The notes under the pieces were generated by a model. That model was not told the origin of the DNA and ran no database searches. It was given only the letters and a program-made list of their open reading frames with translations. From the sequence record LR588166.1: a stretch of 64,000 nucleotides of DNA; one strand, written 5' to 3'. Below are positions 18,243-27,451 of this stretch, piece by piece. Made by a program: the position numbers and the translations under genes. The stretch's first letter is position 1, and every line of letters begins with the position of its first letter.

Positions 18243-18791
18243 ATGAATGATTCCATAAAGAAATACATATCTATTGCAGAAGCTGCATCGTCCGTAAAGA
18301 AAATTCCTATCCCGTATTCCGTAAGTAGTCTTAGTCCTACTTTCTCTAAAGATTTAGTAGAACTACATTACGGAACATTATATTCTAATTACATATCTTC
18401 AGTAAACAAAGACCCCAGTAATAAATTTTCATTTGCAGGTGCATACCTGCATGGGATTTATTTTAGTCAATTTACTGATTCTCAAAAAAGATATTCTCCT
18501 TCCGGGATATTATTAAAAGATATAAAATCTAAATTTACTTCATTTTCTAAATTTAAAAATGAGGTTATATCTGCATGCATGGATGTTCATGGTTCTGGAT
18601 GGATTTATGTTTCTAATACCCTTGTAATAAAGGAAATCCCAAATCATGAAGTAAGAGACGATATATTCTTACTTATTGATTGTTGGGAGCATGCATATAT
18701 GCTCGATTATAAAGCAGACAAGAAGTCATACTACGAGAATATATGGAATATATTTAATTGGGAATATCTGGAGGGTATGTATTCTCAATAA
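18243..18791 (+). CDS. sod: Fe/Mn superoxide dismutase with N-terminal extension
   Basis: ELHYG, YLHG, GSGW and IDCWEHAYMLDY (His/His/Asp/His ligands). Confidence 0.9.
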   Translation: MNDSIKKYISIAEAASSVKKIPIPYSVSSLSPTFSKDLVELHYGTLYSNYISSVNKDPSNKFSFAGAYLHGIYFSQFTDSQKRYSPSGILLKDIKSKFTSFSKFKNEVISACMDVHGSGWIYVSNTLVIKEIPNHEVRDDIFLLIDCWEHAYMLDYKADKKSYYENIWNIFNWEYLEGMYSQ

Positions 18792-18810
18792 ATAACTTCG
18801 GTGAATACTT

Positions 18811-19095
18811 ATGAGAACTAAAAAGCATTGGGATGAATGCCTCTTTTCTTTATCTTATGAAACTGCACAACACATGGCATTTGAATTAAAGGAATTTGCC
18901 AAGCAAGCAGGATTTAATCCAAACGGTATTAAAGTATTGTCGAAAAAACAAATTCATAAATATGTAAAAGCTGATGCAGCTATTATGTGGGGCGAAGGTC
19001 CAGAGTGTTGGGCTAATTCGTTATTGTTTAAAGATTTATTAGGAGTATACGTATCTACCTATAAGGGTAACACAATTCTATTTCATGACAGGTAA
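18811..19095 (+). CDS. hypothetical protein
   Basis: 94 aa; ATAAATA at 18788. Confidence 0.6.
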   Translation: MRTKKHWDECLFSLSYETAQHMAFELKEFAKQAGFNPNGIKVLSKKQIHKYVKADAAIMWGEGPECWANSLLFKDLLGVYVSTYKGNTILFHDR

Positions 19096-19104
19096 TGCAA
19101 ATAA

Positions 19105-19398
19105 ATGATAGATATACACACTATTGGAAAAGATTACACAGTAATCAATAAAAGAAATGGTGTATCTGTAACAGTTAGTGTGGTATTTTATAAAGATATT
19201 TTACGCAATATAAAACCATATTCTATAACTCAACCTATAGACCAATATGTAATTTATGTTTGTGAACAAATTAAACCAACTAAACCATATCACTGGCATA
19301 CTAATTATTCGGAAACTATTAACTTAGAACATTTAATAAAAGAAACATTACAAAATAATAAACAATTATTAATAATACAAGATTTATATACAGACTGA
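19105..19398 (+). CDS. hypothetical protein
   Basis: 97-aa ORF in operon. Confidence 0.6.
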   Translation: MIDIHTIGKDYTVINKRNGVSVTVSVVFYKDILRNIKPYSITQPIDQYVIYVCEQIKPTKPYHWHTNYSETINLEHLIKETLQNNKQLLIIQDLYTD

Positions 19399-19465
19399 TA
19401 TGGATAGCTTTTGCAACAAGAAGCTTGAAGATCGACACAAACGCATGACGTAATAAGGATTATAA

Positions 19466-19693
19466 ATGAAAACATTTGATTTTACTTTTGGAGTATATAG
19501 AGCTAAACAGTGTGAATGGAAAGGAAATTCTAAAACACAATGCGGAGCAAAACCTATAGAAGGAAAAGCATATTGTTTAGAACACTTTAAAAAGGCATAT
19601 GTTAATATTTCTGAAGAAATGTTAGATAAACAAACAGAAGCACAGTTAAAGAAATTAGAAAAAGAAATGCCTGTGGTAATCGAAGAAGAGTAA
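19466..19693 (+). CDS. small Zn-binding protein resembling the GcrA C-terminal domain
   Basis: CEW...CG...G.AYCLEH...AY; SD AAGGA. Confidence 0.6.
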   Translation: MKTFDFTFGVYRAKQCEWKGNSKTQCGAKPIEGKAYCLEHFKKAYVNISEEMLDKQTEAQLKKLEKEMPVVIEEE

Positions 19694-19724
19694 AAACAAT
19701 CCCCGCAATTGCGGGGATTGTTTT
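19693..19724. terminator. bidirectional terminator (perfect 32-nt palindrome)
   Basis: aaaacaatccccgcaattgcggggattgtttt. Confidence 0.85.
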
Positions 19725-19738
19725 ATAAGGAGATAAAA

Positions 19739-20383
19739 TTGGAACTTAAAACAAATGAACAGAAATCTATAATAGGAACATTTGCAACTTTAATGTTAAC
19801 TAGAATATTTGCAGCCGCTGGCGCATATTTAGCATTAACTATGCCAATTCTTAATATGAATTTACTTGTGTGTATATTTTCATATTTTGCTATAATGTTT
19901 ATTATAGATTGTATTAGAACAAATGTGTATGTGTCTATTGTAGGGAGTGTATTTTTATTATTTTGGCAAGGAATAACATTAGGGAATGGATTAACTGCGT
20001 TACTAGGGGAAGTAGCGCCATTATTAGTTTTAGTTATGTTTACTATAAGTTCGTTTTTATATATGTTTCTTTGTGCAAACGCAATTATGTCAAAAAACAT
20101 TTTTAGTTTCGCGTCGTCATTTAATGTTTCTATAGCAATGACTTTGCTTGTGACCATAGTAATGTCTATACTATTAGATCTATCAGTCAGTTATTGTATA
20201 GGCAGTATGATAATAAACGTGATTAATTGCGTGGTAATACTCAAAACATTAGAAGATTGTATAAACGAAAAATGTGAAAATATATCTATGCAAAAACTAT
20301 CTACAACTGTAGTATTATTTTGGTACGATACAATAATGGAGTCTATAGAGAAACTTTTAAAACTATTTACATATAAGCGGTAA
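19739..20383 (+). CDS. multi-pass membrane protein, YccA/Bax inhibitor-1-like
   Basis: about 6-7 hydrophobic segments; C-terminal VLFWYDTI..IEKLLKLF resembles the BI-1 LYLD.INLF..LL.LF motif; TTG start after AGGAG. Confidence 0.6.
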   Translation: MELKTNEQKSIIGTFATLMLTRIFAAAGAYLALTMPILNMNLLVCIFSYFAIMFIIDCIRTNVYVSIVGSVFLLFWQGITLGNGLTALLGEVAPLLVLVMFTISSFLYMFLCANAIMSKNIFSFASSFNVSIAMTLLVTIVMSILLDLSVSYCIGSMIINVINCVVILKTLEDCINEKCENISMQKLSTTVVLFWYDTIMESIEKLLKLFTYKR

Positions 20384-20423
20384 ACAGTTATATTACACAC
20401 ATAAACCCTTATAGGATCAAATA

Positions 20424-22154
20424 ATGCAACATATTGTTAAGTTCATAAAAAATAACAGATTTATTATTTTATTTCTTGTAATATGCATAACTGGATTTGC
20501 GTTAACGATTAATTACAAGCCGACTAGTGTGTCTATAAACACCTTTTTATCAGACGCAACGAGCGGTAAAATAATTAGTGTTAAATTAAAAGAAGATGGA
20601 CAAACACTACAGTATGTTACTAATACATCAGACAGAAGAAAAGTAACATTCCCCGGAGATACCAGTAAATTAATAGAATCATTTCTTAAAGCAGGTGTTC
20701 CTGTAGTAACTGAAGAACCTTCTACCCCTAGTCCATTCCTTACTAGTTTGGTGTCTGGACTTATAGTAATGTTAGTATTTTTAATTTTAATGGTATTCGT
20801 TTTGAAGCGAATGGGTCCTGGTTCTTCATTAGATGCAAAAAGTAAATCCAAACTTCGCAAGATAGAACCAAAAGACATTGAAGTAACGTTTAACGATGTA
20901 GCTGGTCATACTCACGAAATAAATGAAGTAAAAGAGTTAGTTGATTTTATTGCTCATCGATCTAAGTATTCTAGCATGGGAATAGATGTGCCTCGTGGAA
21001 TTCTAATGCACGGCAGTCCGGGCGTCGGGAAAACACTTTTAGCAAAGGCAATGGCAAAAGAGGCAAATGTTAATTTTTTCTATGTTGCTGGATCTGAGTT
21101 TAATGATACATTTGTCGGTGTAGGTGCAAACCGTGTAACAGATATGTTTAAAAAAGCAAAGGAAGCTGCGCCGTGCATTATTTTCATAGACGAAATTGAT
21201 GCACTTGCACAACAACGTTCTACTAAAATATCTAATGGGTCAGACCAAACACTCAATCAGTTATTAGTAGAAATGGATGGAATGCAAGATAACGATGGTA
21301 TTACAATTCTTGCAGCTACTAATAGACTAGATATATTAGATCCGGCTGTTATTCGTCCTAAACGATTTGACAGAATTGTTCAACTAAGTTTACCTGATGT
21401 GGGGATTAGACAGAAGATTTTAGAAATAAATGCAAATGGAAAAACATTTGAAGACAATGTAGATTTTTCAGTAATAGCAAAAGGAACTCCTGGATTCTCT
21501 GGTGCTGAGTTAGCTAAACTAGTCAATGAGGCTGCAATCTATGCAGTAAGGTCTGGACAAACTGTAATTACCCAGGAGCATGTAGAAAGAGCAAAAGATA
21601 AGGTGTTAATGGGTGAAAATTCGACAAAGAAATATACCCAGGAAGAATTGCTTCGTACTGCATACCATGAAGCCGGTCATGCAATATCAGGTGTAATTTA
21701 CAAATCTAATGATAACTTGCATAAAGTATCTATCATTCCTCGAGGTCTAGCACTAGGTGTAACTGTATTTCTTCCTAACGAAGAGCCTTCTGTTAGCAAA
21801 GAGCAGCTCATGAATAAATTAGTTACGTTAATGGCAGGCCGCGCAGCAGAAGAACTTATATACGGTGAATCTGCAATATCCACCGGCGCAAGTTCAGATA
21901 TAAAGAGAGCAACTGAACTTGCAGTATACATGACTACATCGTGTGGTTTCGGTAGTATAGGACCGGTTGCGACATCGACCCTGTCTAGTTTGCAATCTAG
22001 TGCAGAACAAGATGCAGCAATTCTAGTAAAAGATGCGTACAATAAGGCTATAACATTACTTTCGGATAAAAAGGCTGAATTAAAACTTGTAGCAGACTTG
22101 TTAATGGAAAAAGAAACAATAGATTGTGCAGAAGTAGAACAAGTTCTTGCATAA
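20424..22154 (+). CDS. ftsH: ATP-dependent zinc metalloprotease FtsH
   Basis: 2 TM segments, GSPGVGKT, FVGVGA, FIDEID, ATNR, HEAGH, GRAAEE, TGASSD. Confidence 0.96.
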   Translation: MQHIVKFIKNNRFIILFLVICITGFALTINYKPTSVSINTFLSDATSGKIISVKLKEDGQTLQYVTNTSDRRKVTFPGDTSKLIESFLKAGVPVVTEEPSTPSPFLTSLVSGLIVMLVFLILMVFVLKRMGPGSSLDAKSKSKLRKIEPKDIEVTFNDVAGHTHEINEVKELVDFIAHRSKYSSMGIDVPRGILMHGSPGVGKTLLAKAMAKEANVNFFYVAGSEFNDTFVGVGANRVTDMFKKAKEAAPCIIFIDEIDALAQQRSTKISNGSDQTLNQLLVEMDGMQDNDGITILAATNRLDILDPAVIRPKRFDRIVQLSLPDVGIRQKILEINANGKTFEDNVDFSVIAKGTPGFSGAELAKLVNEAAIYAVRSGQTVITQEHVERAKDKVLMGENSTKKYTQEELLRTAYHEAGHAISGVIYKSNDNLHKVSIIPRGLALGVTVFLPNEEPSVSKEQLMNKLVTLMAGRAAEELIYGESAISTGASSDIKRATELAVYMTTSCGFGSIGPVATSTLSSLQSSAEQDAAILVKDAYNKAITLLSDKKAELKLVADLLMEKETIDCAEVEQVLA

Positions 22155-22181
22155 TATTAAGTAATTAAATAAGGCACTATT

Positions 22182-23552
22182 ATGATTCGTACAATTTTAG
22201 ACGAAATCGGAAATACTACTAAACGAACTACTAAATTAGCTATTCTAGAAAGAAACAAGGATAATGACACATTAAAAAAAGTAATACATTTGGCATTAAA
22301 TCCATTTATTAACTTTTATATAAAGAAAATACCAGAATTCACGCGAACAGATACTATTCTTACCTTAGAACAAGCACTAACCGAATTATCTGTTCTATCT
22401 GATAGAATAAAAACAGGTAATGCCGCAATATTGCATCTAACATATATTCTTTCTAGTTTAACAGATGACGATGCAAATGTAATTATTCGGATTATTAGAA
22501 AGGATTTACGCGCAGGGATACAAGATGCTACAGTTAATAAAATATGGAAGGATCTAGTACCTAAATATCCGTGCTTGCTAGCAGAACCTGCAACAGAAAA
22601 TCTTCTTAGTAAATGCAAATTACCATATTATTCTCAGATAAAATCAGACGGAACTAGAATTAATATTCATGTTAGTAAATCCGGAATTGTTTCATTTTAT
22701 GGAAGATCGGGTAAATCATACGATTTTAAAGATATTTTAGATGACGCATTTGTTTCGCTAATTAAATATTTTGACGAAGATATGGTTTTTGATGGCGAAT
22801 TAATAGTTGTAGATTCTAATAATAATATACTCCCTAGACGGACAGGAAACGGTATCATAAGTAAAGCACAAAGTGATACCATTACAGATAATGAAATAAA
22901 GAATGTAAGAGCAATTCTTTGGGATTGTATTCCTCTTAGATGTTTTAATGAACATAAATGCACTACACCCTATTCTAGTAGATTCGAAAGTTTATCGAAT
23001 GCAATACATAAATTGCAAGTAGATGATGATTATATAGAAAGTAAAATATATAATACTATTTTAGGAAATATAGGGCAAATTAGGTTAGCAGAAACTCGTC
23101 TCCTTTATAGCAAAGAGGAAGTAAAAATCTTCTTCGACGAAGCAATATCTAGAAACGAAGAAGGCATAATGGTAAAATGTCCTGATAGTATATGGGAAAA
23201 TAAACGAAGTAAGTTAGTATTAAAATATAAATCAGAAAAAGTATGCGAATTAATTGTAACTGGGTTTAATTACGGAACAGTAGGTACTAAAACAGAACAT
23301 AAAGTTGGATCATTAATATGTGAAAGTTCAGACGGTAAGGTAATAGTCAACATATCCGGTTTAACTGACAGCGAACGCGATGATGCAACAGCAAATTTTG
23401 AAAATAAATGGAAACATAGCATAGTGAGTGTTATGTATAATGAAAGAATTAAAAGCGTAGACCGAATGGATGTTGATTCGCTTTTTCTTCCTAGATTTTT
23501 AGAAATAAGAACAGATAAATTTGAAGCAGATTCTAGCAAAGATATAAAATAA
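22182..23552 (+). CDS. ATP-dependent DNA ligase (T4 gp30-like)
   Basis: KSDG adenylation motif, FDGEL, EEGIMVK, KYK, SLFLPRF. Confidence 0.93.
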   Translation: MIRTILDEIGNTTKRTTKLAILERNKDNDTLKKVIHLALNPFINFYIKKIPEFTRTDTILTLEQALTELSVLSDRIKTGNAAILHLTYILSSLTDDDANVIIRIIRKDLRAGIQDATVNKIWKDLVPKYPCLLAEPATENLLSKCKLPYYSQIKSDGTRINIHVSKSGIVSFYGRSGKSYDFKDILDDAFVSLIKYFDEDMVFDGELIVVDSNNNILPRRTGNGIISKAQSDTITDNEIKNVRAILWDCIPLRCFNEHKCTTPYSSRFESLSNAIHKLQVDDDYIESKIYNTILGNIGQIRLAETRLLYSKEEVKIFFDEAISRNEEGIMVKCPDSIWENKRSKLVLKYKSEKVCELIVTGFNYGTVGTKTEHKVGSLICESSDGKVIVNISGLTDSERDDATANFENKWKHSIVSVMYNERIKSVDRMDVDSLFLPRFLEIRTDKFEADSSKDIK

Positions 23553-23561
23553 GGATATTTT

Positions 23562-23723
23562 ATGATAAATGTAGGCGACGATGTTATTATTAAAACCGAA
23601 TTTGGCGAGACATGCGGAATTGTTATAAAATTTATATCTAATAAAACTATTGCTATAGTAGAATTAGAAGACGGTAACGAAATAGAAATAGGCAAAGGCG
23701 ACTTAGAGTTGAGTAATAAATAA
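23562..23723 (+). CDS. small beta-barrel (KOW/SH3-like) protein, missing from the ORF track
   Basis: MINVGDDVIIKTEFGETCGIV... 53 aa; SD AAGGA. Confidence 0.6.
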   Translation: MINVGDDVIIKTEFGETCGIVIKFISNKTIAIVELEDGNEIEIGKGDLELSNK

Positions 23724-23742
23724 TAAAAAAGGATATATTATT

Positions 23743-24252
23743 ATGACATTACCTTCTTCGGGTTCTCTTTCTACACAGCAAATTAACGTTGAATTAGGAA
23801 ATCCACAAGATGCTCGGTTAGATGTAAACGCTGCCGAAATGAGGATATTATGTGGTGCAGCAACTACAGGGCAAGTAAGTATTGCTGGCGCATATGGTAG
23901 AATGCCAACAGGACAATATATATTAACTTCTGCTCAGTTGCAAGCTGCACCGAATGCCCAATATGGATATAGAGTGTTTGCAACAGGTTCTAAAATAAAC
24001 AATATTGTTTTTAAAGGATACAATTTAACTATAGTTGCATGGAATGATTACGATAAAGTGCTAGGAATAGGTGTCGATCAAACCAATGCACCAACCAACT
24101 TAGTAACTAATTTCTGGAGTTCTGTAACCGGTTATTTAGGTGCGCCAACACAATATACTTCAGATTTAGGGGGTAATACAGTATACGGATGGACCTGGAA
24201 TGGCACAAATCCATTCCCTGTATCTTCGGTTCAAATGGTGCAAATTGTGTAA
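23743..24252 (+). CDS. putative virion appendage/fibre protein
   Basis: MTLPSSGSLS..QINVELG N-terminus; ATAAATA at 23716; SD AAGGA. Confidence 0.6.
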   Translation: MTLPSSGSLSTQQINVELGNPQDARLDVNAAEMRILCGAATTGQVSIAGAYGRMPTGQYILTSAQLQAAPNAQYGYRVFATGSKINNIVFKGYNLTIVAWNDYDKVLGIGVDQTNAPTNLVTNFWSSVTGYLGAPTQYTSDLGGNTVYGWTWNGTNPFPVSSVQMVQIV

Positions 24253-24281
24253 AATAAAAGGGCGCTGAGCCCTTTTATTTT
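24251..24281 (+). terminator. rho-independent terminator
   Basis: aaaataaaagggc-gctga-gcccttttatttt. Confidence 0.8.
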
Positions 24282-24348
24282 ATCATAATTGTGTATATAA
24301 TTTATATATTTGGTGTTATAATGTATACAATAACAAGAGAATAATATA

Positions 24349-25122
24349 ATGACACCACGTTTAAAGGAATTACTAGAATCACTTATAATTTTAGATACAG
24401 AAACTACACATTTAGATACTCGTGTAGCAGAAATAATAGAATTAGGTATAGCGTCTTATACTAACAAATGGACTTATAGTAGTGAATTATTTAAACCCAG
24501 AGTTAATCATGCGCAAATAACTCCTAAAATAAGTTCTATAACTGGCATAACAGATCGTATGGTAGAAGGAAAACCTACTTTTGCCGATGTAGTCGACCAA
24601 TACAAATCTATTACAAACTGCCAACTAATAGTTGCACACAATGCTCCGTATGATAAAAAGGTGTTAGAGAGATATAACATAGCATCTAGCACTAATTGGT
24701 TGTGTACTTTAAAACTTGCACGATATGCATATCAAACCGATCCTACTTTTGAAGAATTTAAATTATCTTATCTAAGATATAAATTAATGTTAGATATCCC
24801 TGACGATTTCGTAGCGCATAGAGCAGGAGAAGATGCATATATGTGCGGTGTATTATTGGAACGAATAGTAACTGATTTAGAGTCTAAGAATAAATTAGAT
24901 AGTGATATACCGTATGCAGATCAACTTATAGAAATATCTAATAAGCCGTTAATGCTTTCGTCTATGCCATTTGGCAAACATAAAGATAAACCCTTAGATG
25001 AAGTTCCAATGGACTATTGGATTTGGGCATTAAATAATTTAGATGCATTAGACGAAACAAAACCCGAATATAATAGAGACTTGGCGTATACATTAGAACA
25101 ATATTTGAGCGACAAGATATAA
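24349..25122 (+). CDS. DEDDh 3'-5' exonuclease, ExoX-like
   Basis: LDTETT, VAHNAPYD, HRAGEDA, C-terminal MPFGKHK. Confidence 0.9.
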   Translation: MTPRLKELLESLIILDTETTHLDTRVAEIIELGIASYTNKWTYSSELFKPRVNHAQITPKISSITGITDRMVEGKPTFADVVDQYKSITNCQLIVAHNAPYDKKVLERYNIASSTNWLCTLKLARYAYQTDPTFEEFKLSYLRYKLMLDIPDDFVAHRAGEDAYMCGVLLERIVTDLESKNKLDSDIPYADQLIEISNKPLMLSSMPFGKHKDKPLDEVPMDYWIWALNNLDALDETKPEYNRDLAYTLEQYLSDKI

Positions 25123-25146
25123 AAATGCCCCGTACGGGGCATTTTT
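25121..25146. terminator. bidirectional terminator between convergent genes
   Basis: aaaaatgcccc-gtac-ggggcattttt. Confidence 0.85.
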
Positions 25147-25516
25147 ATCTATCCATAATATTTCCAGGACCATATGGAATATCGTTGTATTGTTTATAAC
25201 TAGGATCTATTTTTTGGTAAGGCTCAAACGGTAATCCTGCACGTTCTTTTGCCATTTGTAAACCTCTAAAACCAGGAGATTGTGTATCGTCGTTTTTTGG
25301 ATGATTATTAAATGGTTTATTGGCAGGATTTTTCGGAATAGTTTTAAATACAGGAGTCGGTCCGTCACCTGTCATACCCAAAACAGCATATCTCTTAATC
25401 TGTTTTTGATTATTAGTATATAATTCTGGATTGTAAAATGCATCAATGTCAGTGTTTGCAGCACCGTACAATTCTATATGTGTTTTATTTTCTAGTATTA
25501 TTTCTTTTATTTTCAT
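25145..25516 (-). CDS. hypothetical late protein with MKIKEIILE N-terminus
   Basis: translation reads on the reverse complement (track strand label is wrong); minus-strand ATAAATA at 25522-25528 favours the 25516 start. Confidence 0.7.
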   Translation of the reverse strand: MKIKEIILENKTHIELYGAANTDIDAFYNPELYTNNQKQIKRYAVLGMTGDGPTPVFKTIPKNPANKPFNNHPKNDDTQSPGFRGLQMAKERAGLPFEPYQKIDPSYKQYNDIPYGPGNIMDR

Positions 25517-25612
25517 AACAATATTTATCATACTAAACTTTAATTATAACTAGACGATGTATAATAACATTGCTATTATATGCACAACGTAAACAAACAC
25601 AGGACTTATTAT

Positions 25613-26284
25613 ATGAGCTACAATTATACAGCACAAGGACAATATCCTACCGAAGCTGGCTTGATCCCCATGGTTGTTGAAAATAACGGCAACGGCGAAC
25701 GTAGCTGGGATATTTATTCCCGTCTTCTAAAAGAGCGTATTGTTTTTCTTAATGGTCCAGTTCGCGACGAGATGGCATCTGTAATTGTTGCCCAGCTTCT
25801 TTTCCTCGAATCGGAATCGGCAGAACAGCCCGTTTCGATGTATATTAACTCTCCGGGCGGCAGCGTTACTGCTGGTTTGTCTATTTATAACACGATGGAA
25901 TATATTTCGTGTCCCGTTAATACCATCGTGTTAGGCCAAGCATGCAGCATGGGGTCTTTCCTAGCACAAGCAGGTACTCCGGGGCATCGTTATGTGTCTA
26001 GCGAATCCCGCACTATGATTCATCGAGCCAGCGGTGGCTTCGGGGGATTCGGCGGCACAACTCAACAAGTTGAGTTAGGAATCGAAGATGCTGTCCGCCA
26101 TGCGGCAGAACTATCTAAAATTAACAAGCGTCTCACTGAGCTGTATGTCCATCATAACACTGCCGGCAAGACGTTCGACGAATTTATCGAAATTATGAAA
26201 TTCGACACATTCCTCTCTGCTCAAGAAGCAGTTGAGTTCGGGTTGGCAGACAAAGTATTCCGCACTAAAGCTGACCTGAAGTAA
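25613..26284 (+). CDS. clpP: ATP-dependent Clp protease proteolytic subunit
   Basis: [27 protein letters not shown] (Ser), MIH (His), [16 protein letters not shown] (Asp); SD AGGA 8 nt before 25613. Confidence 0.96.
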   Translation: MSYNYTAQGQYPTEAGLIPMVVENNGNGERSWDIYSRLLKERIVFLNGPVRDEMASVIVAQLLFLESESAEQPVSMYINSPGGSVTAGLSIYNTMEYISCPVNTIVLGQACSMGSFLAQAGTPGHRYVSSESRTMIHRASGGFGGFGGTTQQVELGIEDAVRHAAELSKINKRLTELYVHHNTAGKTFDEFIEIMKFDTFLSAQEAVEFGLADKVFRTKADLK

Positions 26285-26310
26285 CTATTCACTGTAGCTG
26301 GTGATAATTT

Positions 26311-26335
26311 AAGGGGACTTCGGTCCCCTTTTTTT
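26311..26335 (+). terminator. terminator with UUCG loop
   Basis: aaggggac-ttcg-gtcccctt ttttt. Confidence 0.9.
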
Positions 26336-26408
26336 GTGTGAGCATTATTTGTTTAAGGTAATTTAAATAACACTATATAAATGTCGTGTGTAGTGTTTTA
26401 AATGCATT

Positions 26409-26435
26409 AAAAACCCCGCATAATGCGGGGTTTTT
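26409..26435. terminator. bidirectional terminator, likely for the minus-strand gene 26494..26724
   Basis: aaaaaccccgca-taa-tgcggggttttt. Confidence 0.8.
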
Positions 26436-26493
26436 AGTAATTGTGTTGCAGCACAAACACATAAACATTATACGCTAAATTGTGTTAAAAATG

Positions 26494-26724
26494 CTACTCG
26501 TCTATGTAATATTTAATGCGTTGAAATACTAACTCATCATATTCTTTAAATCTTACACGGGTTCCTAGCCTAACACATTTGTTTATTCCGAGCTCTGCTA
26601 CTACATCTATAGCATCTTTTATATTTTTAAACTGTAATTGGTTGTTTTCCCAAGAATTCCAGTTTGTAATATATGTTTTTGCATGCATATAAGATTCGCC
26701 GTATGTTTTTTGCTCTTCAGACAT
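26494..26724 (-). CDS. hypothetical protein
   Basis: 76 aa; SD AGGA on the minus strand; own terminator. Confidence 0.7.
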   Translation of the reverse strand: MSEEQKTYGESYMHAKTYITNWNSWENNQLQFKNIKDAIDVVAELGINKCVRLGTRVRFKEYDELVFQRIKYYIDE

Positions 26725-26811
26725 TGTATTTTCCTATATATTAAACGAAAACAACTTGCTTTTGTATAAAATTATGTTATAATTCTAGCATAATAAAAAG
26801 GAGTAAGTCAA

Positions 26812-27069
26812 ATGGATTTTAGTAATCTTCCTAAGAAACAATACACCACTACAGGAAACTATGTACAGGCTACTACTATTTTTAAAAATAAAAATACAGA
26901 ATGGACTTTTGTAGATCTAGAACTAGATTTATCCGATATTGTAAATAAATCTTTGGTAATTTGGTGTGATGAAAACGTAGAATCTAAATGGACCATGCTC
27001 GGCGGATCTAAATTTGGGTTCGAAGATGGCTCGGAAGCGCTAATGTTCAAATTACAGTTTGGACTTTAA
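26812..27069 (+). CDS. small WCxEN-family protein
   Basis: IWCDENV..W...FGFEDGSEALMFKL; SD AAGGAG; extended -10 TGTTATAAT upstream. Confidence 0.75.
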   Translation: MDFSNLPKKQYTTTGNYVQATTIFKNKNTEWTFVDLELDLSDIVNKSLVIWCDENVESKWTMLGGSKFGFEDGSEALMFKLQFGL

Positions 27070-27084
27070 TAGGAGCTAATAACA

Positions 27085-27285
27085 ATGATGAGCCTAGATG
27101 ATAAATTGCAAATTATAAATTCTTCTAGTTTAGAAGATTTGTATATTTTCCAAGAAACTTACAGTAAGCTATTAGAAGATAATAGGTATTGTTATGATAA
27201 AGATGTTGAAATACTTTGTTCAACAACTAATGAGCGTATTAGGCAAATCTCACGAGAATTCATCAACAATACGCATAGATCCTAA
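27085..27285 (+). CDS. hypothetical protein
   Basis: 66 aa; SD AGGAG. Confidence 0.65.
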   Translation: MMSLDDKLQIINSSSLEDLYIFQETYSKLLEDNRYCYDKDVEILCSTTNERIRQISREFINNTHRS

Positions 27286-27451
27286 TCCCCATACTGCAGA
27301 AACATTACACAAACTTATACTCTGGTGTAATGAAAATTGTAGATATAAATGGGAATTAGATGTAGAACATAATTCAGGTAAAATTACTAGATATATATTT
27401 ACTTTTAGAAATAAAGAAGAAGCAGTAACATTTGGATTAATACATAAATGA
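27230..27451 (+). CDS. small WCxEN-family protein (start uncertain)
   Basis: LWCNENC..W...FTFRNKEEAVTFGL; overlaps the upstream ORF. Confidence 0.6.
   Translation: MSVLGKSHENSSTIRIDPNPHTAETLHKLILWCNENCRYKWELDVEHNSGKITRYIFTFRNKEEAVTFGLIHK

Noticed and set aside
19400-19453. 17-aa ORF MDSFCNKKLEDRHKRMT
   Set aside because: Too short, no clear SD, no recognisable motif.
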